A stretch of DNA of 63,918 bases, counting the filler, from Octopus bimaculoides (lineage: Eukaryota), in assembly GCF_001194135.2 (NCBI RefSeq). It is 5 parts of 5 records of this genome, joined end to end, with 100 filler letters (N's around TTAATTAATTAA, not from the genome) between each part and the next. Parts side by side here need not be neighbours in the genome. Positions count along the whole stretch, not along the records: positions 1 to 15,546 come from NC_068999.1; 4 more parts are not named here. One strand, 5' to 3'. Below the pieces are notes generated by a model. The model searched no databases, had not been told where the DNA came from, and worked only from the letters and a program-made list of their open reading frames with translations. The translations under genes were made by a program, and so were the position numbers. Within the stretch, counting starts at the first letter, position 1. Each line of letters opens with the position of its first letter. This document shows positions 1 to 11,006 of the stretch, piece by piece.

Positions 1-362
1 CCTATAACAGACCATTCTAATGAAAAGTTCTTATTTTGTTCTTTTAACCCCCAAATAAACTTACTAAGACTAGTACTAGCTATTTTACTCCTATCTCTAA
101 ACGTATTAAAGTGACAAGAAATTCTCCTACAAATCTTATCCGAAGAACAACTCACATAAACACTAACATTTGTATCACTCTTAACCTTACACTGATACAC
201 TATATTCCTTAATCTCACGTTCGGACCCTCAAACTTTAACCTCCTGGGATTAATCTCAGTTACCTCAATTTTAGAACCTATAATATTATTACCTAAGTGA
301 GGGTCCTCATCCCTATTCATTCCATTCATGCCTGTCTTAAGAACTTTGGAATTATGTGCTGC
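1..362 (-). mobile_element. Penelope-like element, GIY-YIG endonuclease fragment (open frame runs off the window start)
   Basis: Manual translation of the minus strand gives about 120 open codons: AHNSKVLKTG...NIVYQCKVKSDTNVSVYVSCSSDKICRRISCHFNTFRDRSKIASTSLSKFIWGLKEQNKNFSLEWSVI. This matches the PLE GIY-YIG pattern (IVY..., YxG mutated to YVS, R..H, LSKxIW.LK). Confidence 0.75.
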
Positions 363-371
363 ATATATATA

Positions 372-720
372 CATCATCATCATGATGTAACATTTGCTTT
401 CCATGCTGGTATGGGTTGGACAGTTTGACTGAAAACTAGTAAGCTAGGGAGCTCCACTAGGTTCCATTCTGATTTAGCATGGTTTCTATGGCTTGATGCC
501 CTTCCTAATACCAACCACTCTAAGAGTGTAGTGGGTGTTTTTTACATGTGATCAGCATGGGTTCCAGTTATGAAATACCAGCATCGGCCACAACTACAAT
601 CTCACTTTACTTGATATGGTATATTGCCAAAGATCTCAGTCACTTGTTACTGCTTCCATGAGGCTCAACGTTCAAAGAGTGCTTTTTACATGCCACTGAC
701 ACAAGTGCCAGTTACGTGAT
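372..720 (-). mobile_element. Diverged 3' end of an RTE-family LINE or RTE-tailed SINE with (ATG)n tail
   Basis: (CAT)n at 372-383 is followed by TTTCCATGCTGGTATGGGTTGGACAGTTTGACTG...GATGCCCTTCCTAATACCAACCACTCT, which I recognise as the reverse complement of the octopod RTE 3' terminus (from memory, not searched). Confidence 0.55.
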
Positions 721-767
721 GCTGGCATCAGCCACAACTGTGATTTCACTTGACTTGATGGGTCTTT

Positions 768-1006
768 TGTGTGTGTGTACATATGTATATATATGTATAC
801 ATATCTATATATATATACACACATATATATATATATATATATATTATATGTGTGTATATATATATATATGTGTGTATATATATATATGTGTGTATATATA
901 TATATGTGTGTATATATATATATATATGTGTGTATATATATATGTGTAAATATATATATGTGTGTGTGTGTATGTATATATATATATATATATGTGTCTG
1001 TGTATG

Positions 1007-1045
<39 letters not shown>

Positions 1046-1084
1046 TTATATATATGTATATATATGTGTATATATATGTATATA
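768..1084. repeat. Compound (TA)n/(TG)n microsatellite
   Basis: Directly visible. It generates the spurious YIYI/CVCV ORFs. Confidence 0.95.
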
Positions 1085-2312
1085 CTAGCAGTATAACCCG
1101 ACCTTGTCCGGGTGTGACTTATTACGCCATCTACGATAAGTCTTGCTAGGTGAAAATCAACTAAAACAGAAAGCCTTNNNNNNNNNNCTTATGATGTAAA
1201 TATGTTCATAATTCAAAAGACGATGAAATTAATAGGGAAAGTCTGAAGGCTGTTTTGCGAAAAATTATTAAGCGTACGTAAATTTCATCCGTCTAATTGG
1301 CTATAGAAATGCTTGTGTAAAACAACTTTTTGCACTGCCCTGATTATACATAGCAGGGTAATCCCTTTTCGCAGGAGCTAGGACGGCAATTTCTGATGAA
1401 GCAATTGCTGGCGATCTGTTGCTACACAGTTTTGCCAGAATTCTATCAGATTAGGCAGAAGATGTTGATGCACCATTTTGCATTATGTTCAAAGTAGCTT
1501 CTGGAATGTGGTGAATTGCTGCAGTCTGTTGCTGTCATTTTAAACCAGTTGCTTTCTTTCCCCTGCAAACTCTCTTTTTTGGAGGCATAATCTATGTATA
1601 TATTAAACAGAACAACAAAAGTTATAACAGATGGCAGGGTTGGTAATTTTCATATTTCTGTAATTTTTCAGATTAACACCTGCACGATTACCCAGCCCTA
1701 ACCTAAAACACTAAAACTAACCCTAACACTAACCCAAAACCCTAACCCTAACCTTAAAACCCTAGCCCTAACCGTAACCCTGAAACCCTAACCCTGACCC
1801 TAAAACCCTAACGCTAACACCCTAGTGAAAATCGTGGTATATTTACCAAATATTGAAGAACATGAGTTATATTGTAGTCAATGATTGTGTGTACAGGTAG
1901 AAGGGAAGAAATATGAAAGTTGCTAGAAACAACAGCCAAATCTCCTTTAAATCACACAAAGTAAACGGAATTTAACGATTTTTACATCAATGGAATTTTT
2001 TCGATGTGAACTTTCCAGTGCAGTAATTACGCGCTCAACATATAATATAGAGAGTAAGAGTAAAAGAGGGAGAGAGAGAGAGAGAAAGTGATACATAAAC
2101 CCTAACACTAACACTCTAGTGAAAATCGTGGTATATTTACCAAACATTGACGAACATGAGTTATATTGTAGTGAATGTTTTGTGAGAGAGAAGAGGGAGA
2201 GAGAGGGGAAGAAAGGAATAGAGATGGTAGCAATGAAGAGAGAACGGAAGACAGTTATAAGATAGCAATGCGTGCACGTGTTTATATAAGAAACACAGAA
2301 ACTAAATCTTAT
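1085..2312 (-). mobile_element. Internally deleted Helitron carrying a decayed RepHel N-terminus
   Basis: The minus-strand 3' end is a GC hairpin (CCCGGACAAGGTCGGG) followed by CTAG|T at 1088-1084. A pseudo-ORF from ATG 1588 reads MPPKKRVCRGKKATGLK*QQQTAA... and ends in IVF*IMNIF...KAF, like the G-M-x3-C-x2-C-x-A-x2-F RepHel leader. The 5' end runs into the gap at 2313. Confidence 0.55.
1691..1826 (+). repeat. Degenerate interstitial telomere-like (CCCTAA)n tract
   Basis: About 20 variant units of CCCTAA/CCCTAG/CCCTGA/AAACCCTAA, directly visible. Confidence 0.9.
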
Positions 2313-2983
2313 NNNNNNNNNNNNNNNNNNNNNNNNNNNNNNNNNNNNNNNNNNNNNNNNNNNNNNNNNNNNNNNNNNNNNNNNNNNNNNNNNNNNNNNN
2401 NNNNNNNNNNNNNNNNNNNNNNNNNNNNNNNNNNNNNNNNNNNNNNNNNNNNNNNNNNNNNNNNNNNNNNNNNNNNNNNNNNNNNNNNNNNNNNNNNNNN
2501 NNNNNNNNNNNNNNNNNNNNNNNNNNNNNNNNNNNNNNNNNNNNNNNNNNNNNNNNNNNNNNNNNNNNNNNNNNNNNNNNNNNNNNNNNNNNNNNNNNNN
2601 NNNNNNNNNNNNNNNNNNNNNNNNNNNNNNNNNNNNNNNNNNNNNNNNNNNNNNNNNNNNNNNNNNNNNNNNNNNNNNNNNNNNNNNNNNNNNNNNNNNN
2701 NNNNNNNNNNNNNNNNNNNNNNNNNNNNNNNNNNNNNNNNNNNNNNNNNNNNNNNNNNNNNNNNNNNNNNNNNNNNNNNNNNNNNNNNNNNNNNNNNNNN
2801 NNNNNNNNNNNNNNNNNNNNNNNNNNNNNNNNNNNNNNNNNNNNNNNNNNNNNNNNNNNNNNNNNNNNNNNNNNNNNNNNNNNNNNNNNNNNNNNNNNNN
2901 NNNNNNNNNNNNNNNNNNNNNNNNNNNNNNNNNNNNNNNNNNNNNNNNNNNNNNNNNNNNNNNNNNNNNNNNNNNNNNNNNNN

Positions 2984-5900
2984 ACGTGTCACCCGCATGA
3001 AGGCCAGTCCAGAGGCACTGGCAACGATCTCGCTCGAAAGTCCTTACACATGCTGCGGGTACAAGTGCCAGAAAGGCGACATTGGGCAAAGGTGCAATCC
3101 CGATTTCGCTTTCGCTTGCCCCAATATGTCTTCGCAAGCTGAGTTTTGTGTCCAATGAAGGAGACGACGTTGGTATGGGTGCCAGTTGTCGAATTTAGTT
3201 CGATTTCGATTTCACTTGCCTCAACAGGTCTTCGCAAGCGGAGTTTAGTGTCCAATGAAGGGAAGGTACACATAAGTGGGCTGGCTACACCCCTGGCACA
3301 GGTCTTGGATTTAGGTCTCACTTGGCCTACCGAGTCTTCTCACGCACAGCATATTTCCAAAGGTCTCAGTCAGAAGTCATCACCTCGGTGAGGCCCAATG
3401 TTTGAAGGTCTTGCCTCACCACCTCATCCCAGGTCTTCCTGGNNNNNNNNNNATTTCCAAAGGTCTCAGTCAGAAGTCATCACCTCGGTGAGGCCCAATG
3501 TTTGAAGGTCTTGCCTCACCACCTCATCCCAGGTCTTCCTGGGCCTACCTCTTCCACAGATTCCTTCCACTGCTAGGGTGTGGCACGTTTTCACACAGCT
3601 ATTCTCGCCACATGACCATACCAACGCAATCGTCTCTCTTGCACAACACAACTGAGGCTTCTTAGGTTCAGCTTTTCTATCAAGGTACTTACACTCTGTC
3701 TAGTATGCACACTGACGTTACACATCCATCGGAGAATACTGGCTTCATTTCTTGTGAGCCTATGCATGTCTTCGGTCTTCGGCAGTCAGAGCCCATGTTT
3801 CACTGCCATGAAGCATGGCTGTTTGTACACATGCATCATACAGTCTGCCTTTTACTCTGAGCGAGAGGCCCTTTGTCACCAGCAGAGGTAAGAGCTCTCT
3901 GAACTTTGCCCAGGCTATTCTTATTCTAGCAGCTACACTTTCAGCGCACCCTCCCCCACTACTAACTTGGTCACCTAGATATCGGAAGCTATCAACCACT
4001 TCTAGTTTTTCTCCCTGGAATGTGGCGGAAGTTGTTTTCTGCACATTTACAATGTTTATAGCTCCTGAACATCTGCCACATACAAAAACTAACTTCCTAG
4101 TTAACCTTCCTTTGATATTGCTGCACCTCTTATGTGTCCATAGCTTGCACTGGGTGCATCTTATAGAGTTTCTACCTATGCCTTTTCTATAGATCGAGCA
4201 GGGCCATCTACCTGAAGGNNNNNNNNNNTAAGGCCCTTCGATTCTAGTCCTTGCTTCCACACATGAAACTTCTAGTTCTGATAGTGACTCAGCAATTAGT
4301 GCAAGGTCATCAGCATAGAGGAGCTCCCAGGGGCATCCTGTCTTGAATTCCTCTGTTATAGCCTGGAGGACTATGATAAAAAGAAGGGGGCTGAAGACAG
4401 AACCTTGGTGGACCCCTACCTCTACCTGGAGTTCTTCACTGTACTCATTGCCAGCCCTCACCTTACTAACAGCGTCTCTGTACATGGCTCGCACAGCTCT
4501 CACTAACCATTCTTCTATCCCTAGTTTCCTCATTGACCACCAGATGAGGGATCGGGGGACCCTGTCAAAGGCTTTCTCCATGTCAACGAAAGCCAGGTAC
4601 AGAGGTTTATCCTTGGCTAGGTATTTCTCCTGAAACTGTCCTACCAGAAATATAGCATCAGTGGTGCTTTTCCCAGGCACAAACCCAAACTGCATCGCAT
4701 CTAAACTGACTCGCTCCCTAAGTAGGTGGGCTATGACCCTCTCCGTGACTTTCATTACCTGATCTAACAGCTTGATACCCCTGTAATTATTTGTATCTAA
4801 AGTGTCACCTTTACCTTTGTAGCAGTTGACTATGGTGCTGCTACACCAGTCATTGGGTATGACTCCTTCGTGTATCACCTGGTTAACAATACAGGTGACG
4901 TACTGTCAACTCAGGTAGCTGGTCCCTCAGTTGGGTCGACATTCGGCAGACTCTCTTCCTCCCATTCATTCTCTTTATTGAGCAACCTCTCGTAGTGGCG
5001 TCTCCATACCTCTTTCTTTGCAGCCTCATTTAGTGCAAGCATATCATCATCCATGCGAACACATTTCTCTCCCACAACATCATGATTCTCTCTCACACAC
5101 TGTCTTGCAACACAAAATACCTCGAGTCTTTGGTCCTCACAGCGCAGAACATTGGCAAATTTTTTCTAATCTGCTTCCCCTCTGGCTAAATAAACCTGTC
5201 GCTTAGCTTCCGTTCTGGCAGTCTGATACAATTCCCTGCTACCACCGTTCTTCCAGTCCTTCCAAGCCTGTTTCTTTTGTCTAATAGCCCTGTCAACAAC
5301 CTTGTTCCACCACCATGTTATTTTGGGTCGAGAGGGGACTTTGCACCATCCACAGATCTGGTCAGTGGCCCTCAGCAGGTTGTCCCATAGAAACCTCCAG
5401 TTGTCTTCTACATCGTGTGAAGCTACTTCCCCTTCTATTTCGTCAAAGGCCTCAAGTAATAAGTCTCTAAATCTCTGTCCATTCACAGGATCTTTGAGCT
5501 TTCAGACCCTTCTCTTCCAAGCTGGTCGTCTCCTGGGCAACCACTTAGCCCTAATCCTGAAGTCACTAACTACTAGTCTATTTTGTAGAGTGCATTCTTC
5601 GCCAGGGAAGGTTTTGTAATTTATAAGCAGCCATCTTTCCCTTTTTTTGGTGAGGATGTAGTCAATTTGGCTAGAGTGTCTGCCAGAACGGTAGGTGACT
5701 AGGTGANNNNNNNNNNNNNNNNNNNNNNNNNNNNNNNNNNNNNNNNNNNNNNNNNNNNNNNNNNNNNNNNNNNNNNNNNNNNNNNNNNNNNNNNNNNNNN
5801 NNNNNNNNNNNNNNNNNNNNNNNNNNNNNNNNNNNNNNNNNNNNNNNNNNNNNNNNNNNNNNNNNNNNNNNNNNNNNNNNNNNNNNNNNNNNNNNNNNNN

Positions 5901-6255
5901 NNNNNNNNNNNNNNNNNNNNNNNNNNNNNNNNTAATCTTAAGTATTCTATCGGATACTCTATCTACCTCGATTACCTTATCCACCCATTTCTCTGCAAGA
6001 AGTATACCCCCACCCCCGACCCCATCTGTGTTCCCTGCCCAGAAAATCTTGTACCTGTGTTCTTTGCCTGTGAGGAACCTCCTCTCCACCTTACTTCTTG
6101 GAGGCAGCAGATATCGACACATCTCCATTCAAGCATCTCAACAATCTCACCAGACCTACCTTTCAGTGTGCCGACATTGAGAGTGCCTACCCTGAGGGTG
6201 TGGGAGGTATGGGCCCGTGGGACCCTGGGGCGGGGAACGACCGCGTCATGTACCT
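2984..6255 (-). mobile_element. Near full-length but decayed RTE-clade LINE (APE endonuclease + RT + 3' UTR) with frameshifts and internal deletions
   Basis: APE motifs LRVGTLNVGTLKG...CCLQEVRWRG and SQIDYIL (5502-6235). RT motifs VDMEKAFDRV, GVHQGSVFSPLLF and LLYADDLAL (3760-4878). C-terminal GRGRPRKTWDEVV (3466-3651). The 3' UTR (2984-3330) contains two diverged copies of a CCTTCATTGGACAC..GCTTGCGAAGAC unit. Confidence 0.95.
3760..4878 (-). pseudogene. RTE reverse transcriptase domain (disrupted ORF2 segment) with PHD-like Cys/His finger
   Basis: ORF track 372 aa with RT motifs, then WPCSIY...CTQCKLWTHKRC...CGRC. Frameshifts on both sides. Confidence 0.9.
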
Positions 6256-7626
6256 GAAAAGAGAGCTTGCATTTTGCAGAATTCATAAACAAAATATGTA
6301 TGACCAGTCATTGACTGATCATTGGCTTCACACCTATAAAGCATTTAGCAGCTTAGGCAACTTGTGAGACTCAAATCTGAGTCTAACGAGCTTCCTATAC
6401 AGCTAATGGGTGCAAAACCAATGGTCACTCTATGACTGGCCATAATTTTTAACTTCTTAAAAATAATATATATATATATATATGCTAACAAGATACTGCA
6501 AATAACATGTTATGGTATTTACTTCACTTAAGTTGCATATATAGTTTCTTGTTATTCTTATTGTTCACAAATGGATAATGTAAAAAAAATTGTTATGTGC
6601 ATCAAAACTGTATAATGTTAAAAAATTGTGATGTGTATCAGAACACATACACTAAAATTGTTGAGCCAACTTTTAAACCTATGTTCTCTCCCCCACCCCG
6701 CTTACTCTCTCTCTCCCCTCCTCTCTCTCTGTCTCTCATATTGCAAATGTTAGCAATAATTGTACATATTCTGGGTTAGATCAATTAAAAATTGTTGTTT
6801 GTTAATTAGAATAATTGTATTAGAAAACTAAGTAACTGATGACTGGTGATTAGTAGACAGCTGAGATTTTGTAAAACATTCATTTTAATGACTGGTTCCC
6901 ATAAAATTTCATTTTGGATTGTTCTGTTTACAAGCTGATACTCTAGAATACTTATCAATCTTGAGATAAATATTCCAGCTAATCAGATTGGGATTGTAAT
7001 AATTTTCACATCCTTGAGTAAAGTGTTTTTATAATCAAGCCATTCTTTTGAAACAGATCAATGTCTTAAGATTTCAACCTGTCTTTTCAAGTGCATGTAC
7101 ATGTACCTCTTTATGTGTGTGTGTATGAGAGAGAGAGAGAGAGGAGGCTCAGTTTTATATAATAGCATTTTATTTTTTACTCAGTGTAGCTATTTTCTGT
7201 GAATATGAATATCTTGATGGAATGTTTATCAAAATGATTAGGGCCACTTGAGAACTAGACTACAAAGTTTACATGAGACTGAAATATAGAGCATAATAAT
7301 AGTGATAATAAGTAATTTTATTTTTCTGTTAATACCTACATTCAGTTTATTGAAGCATGTAATCTAACTCTGAAATAGGCAATTGATACAAATCTGTCAT
7401 CAGCCTGCTAGCTTATTGTTTTGATGTTTTAATCTGTTTGATCCAGCAGAGAAGCTAAGCACTAATCTATGTGTTATACAGTATGTCATGTCTTATCATC
7501 ATGACATGGCTATTTATTAGGATCAAACAGAAATGGATCATCTGGCTTGTTTATATTGAGAGGAATTACAATCAAATTGCAGCCCAGATTTACCTTAAAT
7601 CCAATTCAAGGACAACACCCGCCTAT

Positions 7627-7745
<119 letters not shown>

Positions 7746-8307
7746 AATCAAGTGCACATATGCAATGAAATAAATGTACATGAAGCAGAAACTCTGTGTG
7801 TGTGTATCCATCTAAGAATAAGAACTTATAATTGTCATTGTATCTTTAAATATACTGGAGAGATTCAATATTCATTTTTTCTTAGGTTGTTCTGTTGCTT
7901 CATACTCATTTGATAACTTGTAGTGATTGTGGTGGTGATGGTAATATCAGTGGTAGCAGTCTGGAAACATTTCCACTTGGGGTCTAATTTGAAGCAAACC
8001 GTTTTTTTATTTTTTTACAAGAATTGTTTCATCATCTGTTCCTGTTTATTATCAAGTCTACAATGAAATTGTCCAATACACTGACATTTCTGGAATGTTT
8101 TCAGTTTACCTTGCTGATGCTTCTGATAAGCATGCAGAAGTTAGTCTCTTCAGTTGGCCTTGGGGGACAGAAATTGTCTAGCAGAAATGAGATGTTTCTA
8201 AATTGTAAAAACAACACTGGCATTAGCAGAACAGTGGGTGGGAGAAGAGTTACAGTTTGAGCATCTGAGCTATATATACTCTTGCTTCTGTGAGGTAACA
8301 TAATCAT

Positions 8308-8358
<51 letters not shown>

Positions 8359-9256
8359 ATCTACATGCTTATATATATAATGTACATGCACATATATGTT
8401 ATCTACATGCCTATATTATATGCATATATATTTATATATACATTTACATACATATATTCAGCGTATGCACATGTACACGCGCACACAATGTCTGCAACTT
8501 GATTTCAAGCCATGCCATCACTTTATTGTTGCCTTGAACCAGTGTGGATGTGACTCTTTTGTTATTTTGGAAACCTACATTCTTTTGTACAGATTGGTAA
8601 CGATGGGTGCCTCTTGTCACAGGTGTTCAACATGTTCAGCACCTGCACACTGACACACGCCTTCCTTACATCCTGAAATATTTCATTGAGTGTTTTGCCA
8701 ACTATGGCCAACCATGTTTGCAACATAATAAAGATGTTAAAAAATCAAGTGATGCAACTGCAACTTTTTAAGTGAGAAAATGCCTTTGTCTCTCAATAGG
8801 GTCAATCCTATTTTCTAAATAATATATTCATTTACTCAAAATGAAGAAGTAGTCTACATCATTGGGTGCAATTGAAGTCACAGATCTTACATCAGAGTTT
8901 TCCTTCTCTTAGAAATGATATGTCTAAACAAAGACTGAGTGTATCCACTCCCACTTATATAGTTATTGACACTACTAAGTTCATCCACTCTTTCACAGGT
9001 TTTGTTTTTAATTCTTCTGTGTGTCCACTGTAAACAACCCTCCTTGCCAAGCAAGCTTGGTTGTTTTGCCAGTTTAATCACCAACTGTCCAACTATGTGA
9101 CAGGTTCTACTGGGTTGTATGTTACCTATAGCAGAAACTGACCTACATATACATACATATATGAAATATAATTTAGATTCACTTGAATTAGGTACTTAAA
9201 TTGAGGCACCTTGCCAGTTCATTATAGTCTGCACAGCTCCAAGTTAGGTGAACAGA

Positions 9257-9569
9257 ATGTAAATAAGTAACAAGGATGTACAGGTGTCAATACATTACAG
9301 CCATTACAAACAGCTCCATTTAATTGATCAATGAAAACTGCCTTCTATTATTGATGTAAATTTGTTAAAAATGGTTTATCCTTTATGTATGAAATCTATA
9401 TGGTCTTCTGCGTCTGAAGAGAGCAGTTTCTTTCAAATTGATGTAATGTTTTCATTGATCAATTAAATGGAGCCGCTTGAAATGGCCATAATATACTGGC
9501 ACCTGTANNNNNNNNNNTGAAATGGCCATAATATACTGGCACCTGTACATCCTTGTTACTTATTTACAT
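9257..9569. mobile_element. MITE with about 80-bp terminal inverted repeats
   Basis: ATGTAAATAAGTAACAAGGATGTACAGGTG..CCATT..CTCCATTTAATTGATCAATGAAAAC (from 9257) is the reverse complement of GTTTTCATTGATCAATTAAATGGAG..AATGG..CACCTGTACATCCTTGTTACTTATTTACAT (to 9569). A 30-bp duplication flanks the 10-N gap. Confidence 0.85.
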
Positions 9570-9889
9570 AAATATATGTATATACATACAGATATATGTG
9601 TGTGTGTATGTGTGAATGTATATATATATGTGTGTGTGTGTATATATTTATGTGTATATGTGTGTGTGTATATGTGTGTGTGAATATGTGTGTGTGTATA
9701 TATATATATGTGTGTATATATATATGTGTGCATGCCTCTCACGCCCCATTGTGACGAATTCGGGACTCGCACTGATGTCAGCCNNNNNNNNNNNNNNNNN
9801 NNNNNNNNNNNNNNNNNNNNNNNNNNNNNNNNNNNNNNNNNNNNNNNNNNNNNNNNNNNNNNNNNNNNNNNNNNNNNNNNNNNATACAT

Positions 9890-9920
<31 letters not shown>

Positions 9921-9961
9921 CACACATACATATGTATACATACATACATACTCCTATACAT

Positions 9962-9996
<35 letters not shown>

Positions 9997-10146
9997 NNNN
10001 NNNNNNTATATATATATATATATATACACACATATATACACATATGTACACACATATATACAGACACCCACCCACACACATACATATATATATGCGTGTA
10101 TATATATATACATATAGATAGATAGATATGTACACACACACACCCA

Positions 10147-10497
10147 TATGGCCATGTGTTTCAAAAGCTTGCTTCACAACCGTGTAGTCTTGGACAAATG
10201 TTTTATTAGAAAGCCCTGGATCGACCTAATACTTTTGAACGGATTTGTTATATGGAAAATAAAAGAATCCAGTTGGATGTGTTTGCGAGTGTGTGTGTTA
10301 TATTCTTTCCCCACCATCTCTTGACAACCGGTGTTGGTTTCGTTACATCCTCGTAACGTAAGTCCTCGGCAAAAGAAACCGATGGAATAAGTACCAAACT
10401 TAAAAAAATATGCACTGGTGTCAGTTTGTCCAACGAAACCCTTCAAGGCACTGCTGCAAGGTAACTGTAATCTAGTGACTGAAAGAAGTAAAAGGTA
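10147..10497 (+). mobile_element. tRNA-derived SINE, family B (bipartite), diverged
   Basis: Same modules as the copies at 18.3, 33.2, 40.4 and 44.5 kb: GCTTGCTTC..AACC head and GACAACCG.TGTTGGT...AAAGA.ACCGAT.GAATAAGTACC tail. Confidence 0.7.
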
Positions 10498-10895
10498 AAT
10501 TGAAGATATACAAATACATATACATATGGATATACATTAAACTTAGATGTATATCCATACGTATGTATATCCACACGCACATGCGTATATAAAAACACTT
10601 ACGTATTTACATATATGTATATACGTATATAAATATATGTATATACATACATGTGTATATACAAATATATAAAATTATGTAATATTGTCAAATTGCGAGA
10701 ATACAAAATAAAAGTGAAAATCCGTGTATGTTGAAAGCTGACTAATCTATTTATGTGTTCCTAATTTTACAAATTCTATGTATATATATATGGGTGTGTG
10801 TGTGCGTGCGTGTGTACACACACAATCATACACGCATGTGTGTGTGGAATGACTTAGAGAGGAATGAGACGTAAGGTTAAGATAAACTGGCCTAC

Positions 10896-11006
10896 CATGT
10901 TAGATGAAGCAGGAAAAATATCTTGATCGAGGAGAAATTCGCTCACACCGCTATCGTCCAAGTCACTCAACTTTCGATCAGATCCGTAGAGGGAGTCCAT
11001 GGTCAT
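10896..11006 (-). CDS. CREB3L2: First coding exon of a CREB3L1/CREB3L2 (CrebA)-like ER-membrane bZIP transcription factor; remaining exons not found in the window
   Basis: Manual translation: MTMDSLYGSDRKLSDLDDSGVSEFLLDQDIFPASSNM, then ATG|GTAGGC (phase-0 donor at 10895). DRKLSDL resembles the CREB3L2 N-terminal WDRKLSEL, and LDDS..SEFL resembles the CREB3L1 LGDLNESDFL. From memory, the vertebrate genes have a similar 34-codon first exon ending in phase 0. CpG-rich context. Orthology is inferred from 37 aa only, and L1 versus L2 cannot be resolved. Confidence 0.62.

Noticed and set aside
1691-1826. True chromosome end or fusion site
   Set aside because: Short, degenerate, single orientation and embedded in a dispersed element.
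3353-3542. 90-bp tandem duplication in the RTE (similar cases at 9478-9547 and 54.8-55.2 kb)
   Set aside because: Identical copies on either side of a gap are typical unmerged contig overlaps.
8020-8180. Plus-strand open frame RIVSSSVPVYYQVYNEIVQY...SWPWGTEIV*
   Set aside because: Only about 52 codons, no recognisable homology, no partner exons, and antisense to the presumed intron.
8600-8680. In-frame TGA in CQCAGAEHVEHL*QEAP as a selenocysteine codon
   Set aside because: No selenoprotein motif or SECIS evidence, and the flanking frame is closed.
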